NCBI GenBank assembly: GCA_049515535.1
Contig: JBEKTZ010000005.1
Span: 62,001-126,000, forward strand
DNA from: Candidatus Aminicenantales bacterium
Lineage (GTDB): Bacteria; Acidobacteriota; Aminicenantia; Aminicenantales; UBA4085
Direction of reading: 5' to 3'
Length of the DNA stretch: 64,000 nt
Position numbers and translations under genes: made by a program. Positions 50,679 through 59,656 of this stretch are shown here, piece after piece. Within the stretch, counting starts at the first letter, position 1, and each line of letters starts with the position of its first letter. Under the pieces are notes generated by a model that searched no databases, was not told where the DNA came from, and worked only from the letters and a program-made list of their open reading frames with translations.

Positions 50679-51126
50679 TGATGCTCTCCTTCGTTGAATT
50701 TTCTTTTTTTGGGGATTCACTATTCCGTTGATCTTTTTTATCTTTATCTTTACGACGCTCTTCCTCGAGCTTTTGGATCATGGCGTCGTTTTTCCTTTTC
50801 TGCTCGGGCGTCAGGACGGCGTCGATCTCTTTCCTGATCTCGTTCCGCATTTCCCCGACATGCTTGAAGAAATCGGTCTGCAATTCCTTGATCCGGTCGT
50901 CGTTTTTCTTGAAGATCTCCCTGATCTTGTCCTGCTGCTCGGCCGTCAGGCCCAGATCCTTCGCCCAACGGTCGTGCGAGGGATAGCGCTCGGAGGGGCC
51001 GGGCCGCCGGCCATCCGGTTTTTTCGCCAGGATCCAGCGCTCGCCGAAGATTCCCCCGACGATACCGGCCGCGAAAATCAGGACGAGGGACAAGACGATC
51101 CAAAGCTTGGATTTTTTCACGGTCAA
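50602..51126 (-). CDS. Periplasmic Spy/CpxP/heavy-metal-sensor-like protein
   Basis: N-terminal TM helix; LGLTAEQQ and VLTPEQ (LTxxQ) motifs; 3' end overlaps the macA-like gene by 77 nt. Confidence 0.75.
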   Translation of the reverse strand: MTVKKSKLWIVLSLVLIFAAGIVGGIFGERWILAKKPDGRRPGPSERYPSHDRWAKDLGLTAEQQDKIREIFKKNDDRIKELQTDFFKHVGEMRNEIRKEIDAVLTPEQKRKNDAMIQKLEEERRKDKDKKDQRNSESPKKENSTKESINEKEGDHRSGDSGGYRRSHPGVWPF

Positions 51127-51608
51127 TATCTCCGGCTGGGAAGGCGCTCGTTCCCGGCAAAAATGATCATCATGTTCTTATTTTCGATCTTTTCCTCGTT
51201 GAACAGCGTGTTGGTTTCGGCGAGGGGATTGATGTTCCTCAGGAGCAGCGCTTCGGGCTGACTCATCTCGTCTTCGGCCGCCGGGCTCAAGAAGGCGATC
51301 GCCCCGATGAATAATCCGATGAGAAGCAGCGAGATCGGGATGGCCCGGCGGCTCCATTTCAGCCAGACGGACCACGGCTCGGCTTTCTCCCGCTCCCGGA
51401 TCCTGGATTCGACGCGCTGCCAGAAATAAGGAAGGGGTTCGACCTCGGCTTCCGTTCTCAAGCCGCCGAGGACCGCGCCGCAATCCCGCCGGAACTTCAG
51501 GCACCGCGGACAGCCGTCGAGATGACCATCGAGATCCGTTCCGCGGCTCGGCGGGAGATTCCCGTCCAAAATCCGCAGAATCCGTTTTTGAGCTTCCTTA
51601 CACCTCAT
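51123..51608 (-). CDS. Anti-sigma factor, zf-HC2 (ZAS) type with TM helix
   Basis: MRC...HLDGCPRC (HxxxCxxC), then a TM helix; directly downstream of the ECF sigma. Confidence 0.9.
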   Translation of the reverse strand: MRCKEAQKRILRILDGNLPPSRGTDLDGHLDGCPRCLKFRRDCGAVLGGLRTEAEVEPLPYFWQRVESRIREREKAEPWSVWLKWSRRAIPISLLLIGLFIGAIAFLSPAAEDEMSQPEALLLRNINPLAETNTLFNEEKIENKNMMIIFAGNERLPSRRY

Positions 51609-52173
51609 ATGCCCCTCCTTCCGCGCCCAGATAGGGCGTCATCTTATTCCGGAGCAGCTTACGGGCCCGGTGCAACCGCGAATCCACGGTCCCGGGGGAG
51701 ATCTTCAGGATTCTCGTGATCTCCTCATAGGAAAACCCTCGGATATCCCGAAGCGTCAGGATCATCCGATATTTCTGGGGAAGCGTCGCGAGGACCCGGA
51801 AGACGATCTTCTTCCTCTGGTCTTCGGCTTGTATCCGCTCCCGTTCTTTCACCTGATCGTCCGAGACGAACGCGACGTCCTCGAATTCCTCGATCGAAAC
51901 TTCTTTTCTTCGGGACACTTTTCTCAGGTGGTCCTTGATATGGTTGGCGGCGATCCTGTAGAGCCAGGTGCCGAACTCCGACTTGAAATGGAATTTCGGA
52001 AGGGCGAAGTACGCCTTGACGAAGACTTCCTGGGCCAGATCATCGGCCGAAGCCCGGTCTCGGACGAAACTAAAAGCTAAATGGAACACTTTCTTTTCAT
52101 ACCTTTTGACGATAGTCTCGAAGGCTTCGCGGCTTCCCAGCCGGGCCGCTTCGATAAGCGTCTTTTCTTCCAT
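51598..52173 (-). CDS. ECF sigma factor (sigma24/SigW-like)
   Basis: DDLAQEVF, FGTWLYRIAAN, GFSYEEI..GTVDSRLHRAR. Confidence 0.95.
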   Translation of the reverse strand: MEEKTLIEAARLGSREAFETIVKRYEKKVFHLAFSFVRDRASADDLAQEVFVKAYFALPKFHFKSEFGTWLYRIAANHIKDHLRKVSRRKEVSIEEFEDVAFVSDDQVKERERIQAEDQRKKIVFRVLATLPQKYRMILTLRDIRGFSYEEITRILKISPGTVDSRLHRARKLLRNKMTPYLGAEGGAYEV

Positions 52174-52204
52174 AAAGATCCATAGCCTTCGACCTCCGTC
52201 ACTT

Positions 52205-52237
52205 TTTAGACGAAGGTCGTTGTCAATTCTTCCATTT
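52205..52237 (-). promoter_or_regulatory. Putative ECF-dependent autoregulatory promoter
   Basis: AAATGGAAGAA-N13-TCGTCTAAA; an identical motif lies at 52863-52895. Confidence 0.7.
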
Positions 52238-52376
52238 CGCTCATTTTTTTGCAAAACGAGCTTTATTCAAGGTAAAACGCATTTTCGGCGGTTTGGTTTC
52301 ATGGCCTCGACGGCCATTAAAAGCCTAAAAAGTATAGCAGAATTCGACCTTTACCGATAGATGGAGATTCGTTTTT

Positions 52377-52427
52377 AAAAAAAATCCCCCTCGTCCATCC
52401 CGGAGAGGGACGGCGGCGAGGGGGATT
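52377..52427 (-). terminator. Intrinsic terminator after the gene at 52465-52842
   Basis: 11-bp stem AATCCCCCTCG/CGAGGGGGATT followed by a U-run on the minus strand. Confidence 0.7.
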
Positions 52428-52464
52428 CTCGCGGTTAAGGACAGATCAAGAAAGATAACTTACG

Positions 52465-52842
52465 TTATTTCTTCTTCGTGGCCTTCCAATCCACGCTGTT
52501 CTGGCCCATCTCGACCTTGCCCGTGATCGTGTTGTCGTCGACGATCGTGCCCTTATAGACGGTCGTCATCTCGCCGCGCTGCGTGGTCCGGGTGATCGAA
52601 AATTCGACATCCTTGTCCTTGACCGTGCCCGTGCCTTTGGTCTCTGTCGCCTGGCCCTGGGGGTTCGTTCTGGTCATGGTCACTTCCAGCTTATCGCCGG
52701 TTTGAACGAATTTCAGGTCCGCCTTCATCTCGCCGCGCTGGGTGGTCATGGAGAACTCCCAGTTGCCGGTCAGATTGACGGCGGCGACGGCCAAAATGCC
52801 CGTAAACAGAACAGCCAGCAAAAGAATAAAACTTTTTTTCAT
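52465..52842 (-). CDS. Small secreted beta-rich hypothetical protein with internal repeats
   Basis: Signal peptide; TTQRGEM twice; AGGAGG SD; paralog at 54606-55004. Confidence 0.8.
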   Translation of the reverse strand: MKKSFILLLAVLFTGILAVAAVNLTGNWEFSMTTQRGEMKADLKFVQTGDKLEVTMTRTNPQGQATETKGTGTVKDKDVEFSITRTTQRGEMTTVYKGTIVDDNTITGKVEMGQNSVDWKATKKK

Positions 52843-52862
52843 AAAAACCTCCTAATCAAACC

Positions 52863-52895
52863 TTTAGACGATGGAGAAAAAAATTTCTTCCATTT
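52863..52895 (-). promoter_or_regulatory. Putative ECF-dependent promoter (second copy)
   Basis: AAATGGAAGAA-N13-TCGTCTAAA. Confidence 0.7.
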
Positions 52896-52951
52896 GGCTT
52901 AGTCTATTCATTAGACTAAAAAAGAAGCAATTTTTCTTTGATTTCTTTATT

Positions 52952-53527
52952 TTATTTATTATCAACATAATCCGAAGGGTTATCCATGTCCCGGAGAATG
53001 TCCGGGTCGTCGATTTCGACTCGCCGGACGTCCTCGGGATGCCGGGAAAGGAGTTCCCTCAGGCCGGCCTTCGGACTCAGATCTTCGATCTCCGGCCGGT
53101 ATTTCAGATCGACGAGCAGCGGATGTCCACCGGAATTCCCATAGACCGGCAGGACGAGGCCTTTGTTCGTTCTGCCATATTCGTCGATGACCCTGTCGAT
53201 CGTGCCCGCCCGAATCCAGGGCTGATCGGCGAGAAAAATCAGCGCGGCCCGAGCGTCCGCGGGAAGACGGCTTATCCCCCATTGGGCGGATGAAAGCATG
53301 CCCGCCCGGAAAGCGGGATTGACGGTCATTTCGACGGGCAGATCCTTGATGACGGCCTCGATGCGTTCGCGGTTCGCGCCGAGGACGACGAGCGTTTTGT
53401 CGACGGCCGAAGCGACGATGTGCCGAAGCACGGTCTCGATGACCGTGCGGCCCCCGAAAGGGAGAAGCTGTTTCGGCCTGCCCATTCGCTTCGATTCGCC
53501 GGCGGCGAGGACGACGGCCCAGATCAT
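52952..53527 (-). CDS. mocA: Molybdenum cofactor cytidylyltransferase-like (MocA/NTP transferase)
   Basis: VLAAGESKRMGRPKQLL, GMLSS, LADQP, GHP, DMDNP; next to xdhC. Confidence 0.85.
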   Translation of the reverse strand: MIWAVVLAAGESKRMGRPKQLLPFGGRTVIETVLRHIVASAVDKTLVVLGANRERIEAVIKDLPVEMTVNPAFRAGMLSSAQWGISRLPADARAALIFLADQPWIRAGTIDRVIDEYGRTNKGLVLPVYGNSGGHPLLVDLKYRPEIEDLSPKAGLRELLSRHPEDVRRVEIDDPDILRDMDNPSDYVDNK

Positions 53528-54597
53528 GACGGCCCGCCCATTTTCCGTTTGACGAAAACAAGCTCGGCCGCGATGCTGACCGCGATTTCTTCCACGGTTT
53601 TCGAGCCGATCGGAAGCCCGATTGGCGTATGGACCCGAGACCATTCTTCCGCGGTGCACCAACCCCGGCGGATGAATTTTTCTCTCAGCAATCGAACCTT
53701 GCGGCCGCTCCCGATCATCCCGATATAGCCCGCCCGGCTCCTGACGCAGGCCCGGAGCGCCTCTTCGTCATGGCGGTGTCCCCGGGTGACGATGACGATA
53801 TACACGTCCGGCGAAACGGGAAAGTCCCGCAGCGTCCGGCCGACGTCTCCGATCAGAATCCGATCGGCTTCCGGAAACCGCGCGGCGTTGGCGTATTTGG
53901 GCCGGTCGTCAATGACGGCGACCTCGAAGCGCAACAACACGCCCAGATGGGCGACCGCGCGGCCGACATGTCCGGCGCCGGCGATCACGAGCCGGGGCGG
54001 CGGGAAGTGGGGCTCGAGATAAAGCCGGACGCCGGACCGCGTGGTCAAAGACGGCACGGCTTCCCTAAAAGCCGCCCGAATCGTGTCCCGGGCGGCCGCC
54101 AGGGACGGATGATGAAGCTCCGCGGCGCGGAAATTTTTCGGGATCCAAAATCGCGTGATCCGATCTCCGCCGGCGCCCCGGTCTTTTTCGATGAGAGCGG
54201 CCATGACGCCGGGACGGCGACCGAGCGCCGCCGTCTTCAACTTTTTGAAAACGGGGAGGCTCCGCTCCGGACGCGCGTCGATCAGGATTTTTTGGCGTCC
54301 GCCGCAAATTCCGTCCGTCTCCTCGGAAGGCTCCCCGGCCAGATCGAAGGAGCAGACGGCGGATCGTCCGCTCCCCAAAGCCCGGCGGGCCCGTTTTTCG
54401 ATATCGGCTTCGACGGCCCCGCCGCCGATTGTCCCGCAGACGATCCCGCTCGCCGAAAAAACGGCGGAAGCCCCGGCGATCTGCGGTGTCGATCCTTCCG
54501 CTTCGATGATCGTGGCCAGCGCCGCCGGCTTCTTTTTTCCGGCGAGCTCGATCAGCGCGACATACGGATTTCTGTCAGGCTGATACGGCCGTTCCAT
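53524..54597 (-). CDS. xdhC: XdhC/CoxF family molybdoenzyme maturation factor
   Basis: GSTP, GTIGGG, ICGG, GAGHVG, TRGH..D, YIGMIGS, PIGL..EIAVSI. Confidence 0.93.
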   Translation of the reverse strand: MERPYQPDRNPYVALIELAGKKKPAALATIIEAEGSTPQIAGASAVFSASGIVCGTIGGGAVEADIEKRARRALGSGRSAVCSFDLAGEPSEETDGICGGRQKILIDARPERSLPVFKKLKTAALGRRPGVMAALIEKDRGAGGDRITRFWIPKNFRAAELHHPSLAAARDTIRAAFREAVPSLTTRSGVRLYLEPHFPPPRLVIAGAGHVGRAVAHLGVLLRFEVAVIDDRPKYANAARFPEADRILIGDVGRTLRDFPVSPDVYIVIVTRGHRHDEEALRACVRSRAGYIGMIGSGRKVRLLREKFIRRGWCTAEEWSRVHTPIGLPIGSKTVEEIAVSIAAELVFVKRKMGGPS

Positions 54598-54605
54598 CCC
54601 GCCTG

Positions 54606-55004
54606 CTATTTCTTTTTCGAGGCTTTCCAGGCCATGCTTCCGAAATCACCCATTTCGGCCTGGCCCGACATCGTCTCTCCCTCGACCTTCCCCTTGAAAA
54701 TGATCGTCATATCGCCGCGCGGAGAGGAGATGGAGAGCGTCCATTCGATCGCGTCGGCCTTGATCTTGCCCTCGCAGTTCAGGTCCTCGCCTTGGGGGCT
54801 TTTCATCGTGATTTTCAGGGCTTCACCCTGCTGCTCGAATGTCACGTCCGAGGGCGGCATGCCCCCTTGGGGCGTATCAATGGTCATCTCCCAGACCCCG
54901 CTGACGTCGATCTTTTTAGCCTGGGCCGGGGCCTGGGCTTGAAACCCGCTCGCCAGGAGGACGCCGATCAAGACGAACGATAAAGCCAAACTGATTTTAC
55001 GCAT
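54606..55004 (-). CDS. Small secreted hypothetical protein, paralog of 52465-52842
   Basis: Signal peptide; DVSGVWEM..TPQG, SPRGDM, C-terminal WKASKKK. Confidence 0.8.
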   Translation of the reverse strand: MRKISLALSFVLIGVLLASGFQAQAPAQAKKIDVSGVWEMTIDTPQGGMPPSDVTFEQQGEALKITMKSPQGEDLNCEGKIKADAIEWTLSISSPRGDMTIIFKGKVEGETMSGQAEMGDFGSMAWKASKKK

Positions 55005-55027
55005 GATATTTTCCTTTCATGACGTCT

Positions 55028-56959
55028 TTATTGCGGTTCTTGCCCGGCCAGCTTGAACTTCGCCTTCTGCACTCCGCCGCGCGTCGAGCTGATCGTGACT
55101 TCCGCTTCAGCGCCGGGTTTGAGCTGGCCTTTGACTTTCCATCGCACTTCCTTCATCTCGTTCGACTGCAGATAGCCGATCTCCTGACGGGCCCGGCTTC
55201 CGACGAACTCGAGGCCGTCGGGCAGGCTGATTTGAACCGTGTCGGGCCGGACGATCTTTATCCGGTCGGCCATCTTGAGAGCGGTCGGTAAATAGCCTTC
55301 GTCCGTGACGACGCTCACGATCTCATAGGCGCCGGCCTCTTTCTTCACCGGCTCGATCTTCGTCGATACGATCTTGACCTGAGGAAGCGACTTGGCCAGG
55401 AAGATGTTGAACATGCCCTCCTTCTTGATCCACTCCTCGAGAAGCTCGGGCGGCGGATTCTGGTTCCAGAATTTCGGGTTGAAGCCGCCGATCTCCACTT
55501 CGCCGAGAGTCGGGTGCTTCACCTTGTGCCAGGGGATGAAATACTTCCCGCCGAGTTCCTCGTCGATGTAGCGGAGCTGTTCGAGCTGTGTGACGCGGCC
55601 GTCGCCGTCGTAATCCTTGAGGCGGCCGCCGTTCCAGAGCTCATCGCCGTACCAAACGGCTCCGTAATAGGAATAGCCGAAATCGGGCGAATGACCGAAA
55701 ATCGGCGAGCCGCGCATCTCTCCCGGCGCCAGGGCATCGCCGCCCCTCCCGGCTCCGCCCCGGCCGCCGGCCGGAGCCGCAGGCCTATCGCCGCGGCCCT
55801 GATTGGCGTAATCCCAATACGTGTCGCCCGCGCTTTTATAGCCCGTAATCTTCTTGCCTTCCTCATCGAAATACTTGTAGATCTTCATGTCCTCGGGGAA
55901 CATGGATTCTTCCATTCGGCTCGTCGATGGCCCGTGAAGGAGCATCGGGACGGAGGTGTCCATCGTTTGTCCGATCGCGACGTTGGGATGCTCGAGGAGG
56001 AACATCACCACGGCCCGCGTCTCGGTCTCGGAGAGCGGATATTCGCCGGAGCCGCCCTGCGTCCAGCCGCGGCCGGTGAAATCCAGGCCGGGCATGGGCC
56101 GCCAGTTCTCGACATAGTTCCGGTGCAAATCGAGTCCGCCGATGCCGTCCTCATTGATGCGCCCGTCGCCGTCGTTGTCGATGCCCTCGGAATACATGAC
56201 GTAATCGCCCTTGCCGTCCGCGGGCCGGATCATCAACCGGCCGGATTTGTCGGCGGGGTCGATGCTCATCATCCCCTTGCCCGGCTCGACCTTCTGCCGC
56301 ATCTGGAGGATATAGCCGTCGCCGTCCATGTCATCGGGCGGGTCTTCGTCGAGCAGCCCGTCGCCGTCGTCGTCATAGGGCCGGACCGTGCTCCGGTTGG
56401 ACTGGGCGGTCAACAGATAGAGATCGGACCCGTCGGGGTTGTTCTTGGGCTTGAGGTAGAGCGTCTTCGTATCGACGAGCTTCGTTATCTCTGGGTCCTT
56501 TCCGTAGTTGGACAGGACGTACCAGCCGATCCACAGGGCGCACTCGGCGGCAGTCACCTCGCCCGAGTGGCGGTTGCCTTCGATGAACATCGCCGGCTTG
56601 TCCGTGTCCTTTCCGGTCGCTTTGTTGGTGATCGTGATTTGCCAGATGTCCCGGCCCTCGAAAGTCTTGCCGACCGAATAGATGTCGACGAGGTTCGGGA
56701 AGTCCTTGGCCCACTTGTTCAAGAAGTAATTGACTTCGTCGTACGGGTGATAATGCTGGAAATCGATCTGGCCCTGGACCTTGGGCTTGACCATGGGATA
56801 GTTCGCGAGCGGAAAGAAGCTCGCCCCGTGTCGCGTGCCGCCGACGATATAGGCCGTCGTCGGTTTCGCCGGCGGCCGGTTGAATTCCTGCGCCGAGATC
56901 AGCAAAAGAGCGAACGTGAAAAGAGAAATGAACAGAAAAATCCTGGGCTTGTTGGTCAT
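55028..56959 (-). CDS. Secreted M14 family zinc carboxypeptidase-like protein with DxDxDG inserts
   Basis: GKTFEGR, HSGE (HxxE), NPDG, DLHRNY, SETET; AAAGGAG SD. Confidence 0.88.
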   Translation of the reverse strand: MTNKPRIFLFISLFTFALLLISAQEFNRPPAKPTTAYIVGGTRHGASFFPLANYPMVKPKVQGQIDFQHYHPYDEVNYFLNKWAKDFPNLVDIYSVGKTFEGRDIWQITITNKATGKDTDKPAMFIEGNRHSGEVTAAECALWIGWYVLSNYGKDPEITKLVDTKTLYLKPKNNPDGSDLYLLTAQSNRSTVRPYDDDGDGLLDEDPPDDMDGDGYILQMRQKVEPGKGMMSIDPADKSGRLMIRPADGKGDYVMYSEGIDNDGDGRINEDGIGGLDLHRNYVENWRPMPGLDFTGRGWTQGGSGEYPLSETETRAVVMFLLEHPNVAIGQTMDTSVPMLLHGPSTSRMEESMFPEDMKIYKYFDEEGKKITGYKSAGDTYWDYANQGRGDRPAAPAGGRGGAGRGGDALAPGEMRGSPIFGHSPDFGYSYYGAVWYGDELWNGGRLKDYDGDGRVTQLEQLRYIDEELGGKYFIPWHKVKHPTLGEVEIGGFNPKFWNQNPPPELLEEWIKKEGMFNIFLAKSLPQVKIVSTKIEPVKKEAGAYEIVSVVTDEGYLPTALKMADRIKIVRPDTVQISLPDGLEFVGSRARQEIGYLQSNEMKEVRWKVKGQLKPGAEAEVTISSTRGGVQKAKFKLAGQEPQ

Positions 56960-57220
56960 GCCTTTCCGTCTCCTTTCATGAATTTCTCTGAGCATATAAC
57001 GTCTTTTTTGGGAAGTCAATTCGCGTCGTCCCCGGTCGATGATCAAAGGAATCCGAAGCTTCGGAGTCTAATGAATGTGAGACGCAAAAATGAGAGAAGC
57101 GAATCGAGGAAACGAAAAAACATCGGCGGCGGATTCGCCCCGGGGAAAAAAAGGAGGAAACCTTTTTCCTCCATGCTGCGTATATATAAGTGAAAATGCA
57201 AAGATTATAAGGAGGCTAAA

Positions 57221-57406
57221 ATGAGACTCAAAGAAAAAATCATGATCTTCATCGCCGCGGCCGTGCTGACTCTTGTCGGGTTCAGCGCCATTGCCGCGCC
57301 TTCCGTCGAACTCATGAGAGTCGGCAAACAGGCCGGTTATCAGATCATCGCCAATTACTTGGAAAAAGCCAAATCGGCCGCTCCCCGCTACGCCGTCAAA
57401 GGATAA
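57221..57406 (+). CDS. Small (61 aa) putatively secreted protein
   Basis: AAGGAGG SD, signal-like N-terminus, followed by a terminator. Confidence 0.7.
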   Translation: MRLKEKIMIFIAAAVLTLVGFSAIAAPSVELMRVGKQAGYQIIANYLEKAKSAAPRYAVKG

Positions 57407-57458
57407 CAGCGTTGCACAGCGGAACCAACCGTCCTCATCCTCTCCCCCTCTTCTAACG

Positions 57459-57501
57459 GGCTGCCGTTTCTCCCCAAAGAGAAAAAGGCAGCCTTTTTTT
57501 T
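57459..57501 (+). terminator. Intrinsic terminator
   Basis: GGCTGCC..GGCAGCC stem followed by T8. Confidence 0.8.
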
Positions 57502-57515
57502 CGCCTTTTTTCGGC

Positions 57516-57998
57516 TCAGGCCTTTTTCCCGACGATAACGACCGCCCAGCAGGCTATCGCCTTCCCCCGGCCGATGAGCCCCAGCCCTTCATTGGTTTTG
57601 GCCTTAAGCCCCAAGCGGTCACCGCGGAGGCCGAGGATCGGGCAGAGGATATCCTTCATGGCCGGGAAATACGGGCCGAGTTTCGGGCGTTCGGCGACGA
57701 CCACGGTATCCGCGTGGATGATCTTCATCCTCTTCTTTTCAAGCTTGGCCATGACGATTTTCAACAGTTCCGTGCTCCGGATGCCTGTGGTTTTCGGGTC
57801 GCGGTCCGGGAACAGACGGCCGATGTCGTCTTCCCCTAAAGCGCCCAGAATCGCGTCGATGAGCGCGTGGATCAAGGCGTCGCCGTCCGAATGCCCGACG
57901 CATCCCATGGAAAAGGGGATATCCAATCCGCCCAAAACGAGGGCCCGCCCGGCCGCGAGCCGGTGGAGGTCATAGCCCATTCCCGTTCTAATCGTCAA
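57516..57998 (-). CDS. ispF: 2-C-methyl-D-erythritol 2,4-cyclodiphosphate synthase
   Basis: GMGYDLH, GHSDGD..HA..DA, DIG..FP, KAKTNE. Confidence 0.96.
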   Translation of the reverse strand: MTIRTGMGYDLHRLAAGRALVLGGLDIPFSMGCVGHSDGDALIHALIDAILGALGEDDIGRLFPDRDPKTTGIRSTELLKIVMAKLEKKRMKIIHADTVVVAERPKLGPYFPAMKDILCPILGLRGDRLGLKAKTNEGLGLIGRGKAIACWAVVIVGKKA

Positions 57999-58653
57999 GC
58001 AGCGCCTCCGCGATTTTCATGTCCGTGGGCGAGGTGATCTTCATGTTTCTCGCCTCGCCCAAAACCGTCACGACTCTGACGCCCATCCGTTCCACAAGGG
58101 CGGCGTCGTCCGTTCCGTAAAAGCCGTCCGCGCGCGCCTTGTCGAGCGCCTCTTTAAAGAGACTGAAGGCAAACCCCTGGGGCGTCTGGACTCGGGCGAG
58201 CCGGGCGCGGTCGAGGGTGCGGACGATCTCCCCGCCCGCGATTTCCTTCACCGTGTCCTCCATGGGGAGGACGGGGACGGCCGCGCCGCTTTTCGCGGCT
58301 TCGTCCATGACCCGTTGAATCACGGCCTTCGTCACCAGCGGCCGGGCGCCGTCGTGAACCAGCACGATCTCCGCGAGTCGGGGATCGAGCCTCCGAAACC
58401 CTTCGAACACGGAGTCCTGTCTTTTGGCTCCGCCCTTGACGACGGCCGAGAGTTTCGGCCAGGCTTTTCTCAGCCCAGGCCCGGCCTCTTCGTCCGGCAG
58501 GACGAGGACGATTTCGCCGATGCGCGGGTGCGCCGAAAAAGCCTCGAGGCTCCACTCCAAAGCGGGTTTTCCCCCGAGCCGGGCGAATTGCTTGGCCGAT
58601 CCGAAGCGCGCGCCGCGGCCGGCGGCCACGATGATCGCCGCCGTTTTCTTCAT
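57988..58653 (-). CDS. ispD: 2-C-methyl-D-erythritol 4-phosphate cytidylyltransferase
   Basis: AAGRGARF..KQF, HDGARP, QTPQGF, TDD, NMKIT. Confidence 0.96.
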   Translation of the reverse strand: MKKTAAIIVAAGRGARFGSAKQFARLGGKPALEWSLEAFSAHPRIGEIVLVLPDEEAGPGLRKAWPKLSAVVKGGAKRQDSVFEGFRRLDPRLAEIVLVHDGARPLVTKAVIQRVMDEAAKSGAAVPVLPMEDTVKEIAGGEIVRTLDRARLARVQTPQGFAFSLFKEALDKARADGFYGTDDAALVERMGVRVVTVLGEARNMKITSPTDMKIAEALLDD

Positions 58654-59636
58654 CGGTCCTCGTTATAGCGCCCGAAGATCATTTTGCCCACGGTCGTCTG
58701 CAGGACGGAGGTGACCGTGATATCGACGTTTTGCCCGATCAAGCGCCTCGAATTGTCAACCACGACCATCGTCCCGTCGTCGAGATACGCCACGCCCTGG
58801 TCCTTTTCCTTTCCTTCCTTGAGGATGAAGACCCGCATGGCCTCGCCGGGCAGAACGATGGGCTTGAGGGCGTTGGCCAGTTCGTTGATGTTGAGGACGG
58901 AGATGCCCTGGAGCCGGGCCACTTTGTTCAAATTGAGGTCGTTCGTCACGATCTTCGCGTCCATGCGCTTGGCCAGCTCGATGAGCTTCGAATCCACGTC
59001 CTTGATGTCGGGGAAGTCCATTTCGGTGATCATGATGGAGACGCCCTTGGATTTTTGGAGGTGATCCAGGATATCGAGCCCGCGGCGGCCGCGCTGCCGC
59101 TTCAAGCCGTCCGCGGAATCCGCGACGAGCTGAAGTTCCTTGAGGACAAACTGCGGGACGACGATGGTCCCGTCGATGAACGCCGTATCACACAGGTCGG
59201 CGATCCGGCCGTCGATGATGACGCTCGTATCCAGGATCTTGTAGATGCGGCCGAAACTTTTCTCCTTGAAAAAACGGAAGAGGAAGGCCGGGTCGAGCCA
59301 CTCGGATTTCCGCGTGCCGACGAGAAATCCGATATAGGGCAGGATGATCAGGAAAAAGATCCGGATGAAGTTGGCCGTGGCGGGGTCGCCGGTGATGCTC
59401 CGATAGACCGCCCCCAGGCTCCAGCCGAAGAGGACGCCGGCGTATGTGCCGATCGTCGAGCCCCAAATCACTTTGAACTCCGTCTTCCGGATCCGCGTCT
59501 CGAGAAAGACGATCAGGACGGCCAGGGCGAGCGCGGCCCCGGCGGAAACAGGACGGTCGAGGCCGAACATCGGGAAAAAATAGCCAGCGGCCGTCACGAT
59601 CGCGCAGATAATAATGCGAAAGATAAAAATGCTCAT
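58650..59636 (-). CDS. Membrane PIN/TRAM domain protein (YacL family)
   Basis: LDTSVIIDGRI, RGRRGLDIL, QGVAYLDDGTMVVV, TSVLQT. Confidence 0.95.
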   Translation of the reverse strand: MSIFIFRIIICAIVTAAGYFFPMFGLDRPVSAGAALALAVLIVFLETRIRKTEFKVIWGSTIGTYAGVLFGWSLGAVYRSITGDPATANFIRIFFLIILPYIGFLVGTRKSEWLDPAFLFRFFKEKSFGRIYKILDTSVIIDGRIADLCDTAFIDGTIVVPQFVLKELQLVADSADGLKRQRGRRGLDILDHLQKSKGVSIMITEMDFPDIKDVDSKLIELAKRMDAKIVTNDLNLNKVARLQGISVLNINELANALKPIVLPGEAMRVFILKEGKEKDQGVAYLDDGTMVVVDNSRRLIGQNVDITVTSVLQTTVGKMIFGRYNEDR

Positions 59637-59656
59637 AACCTTATCCTTATAATATA

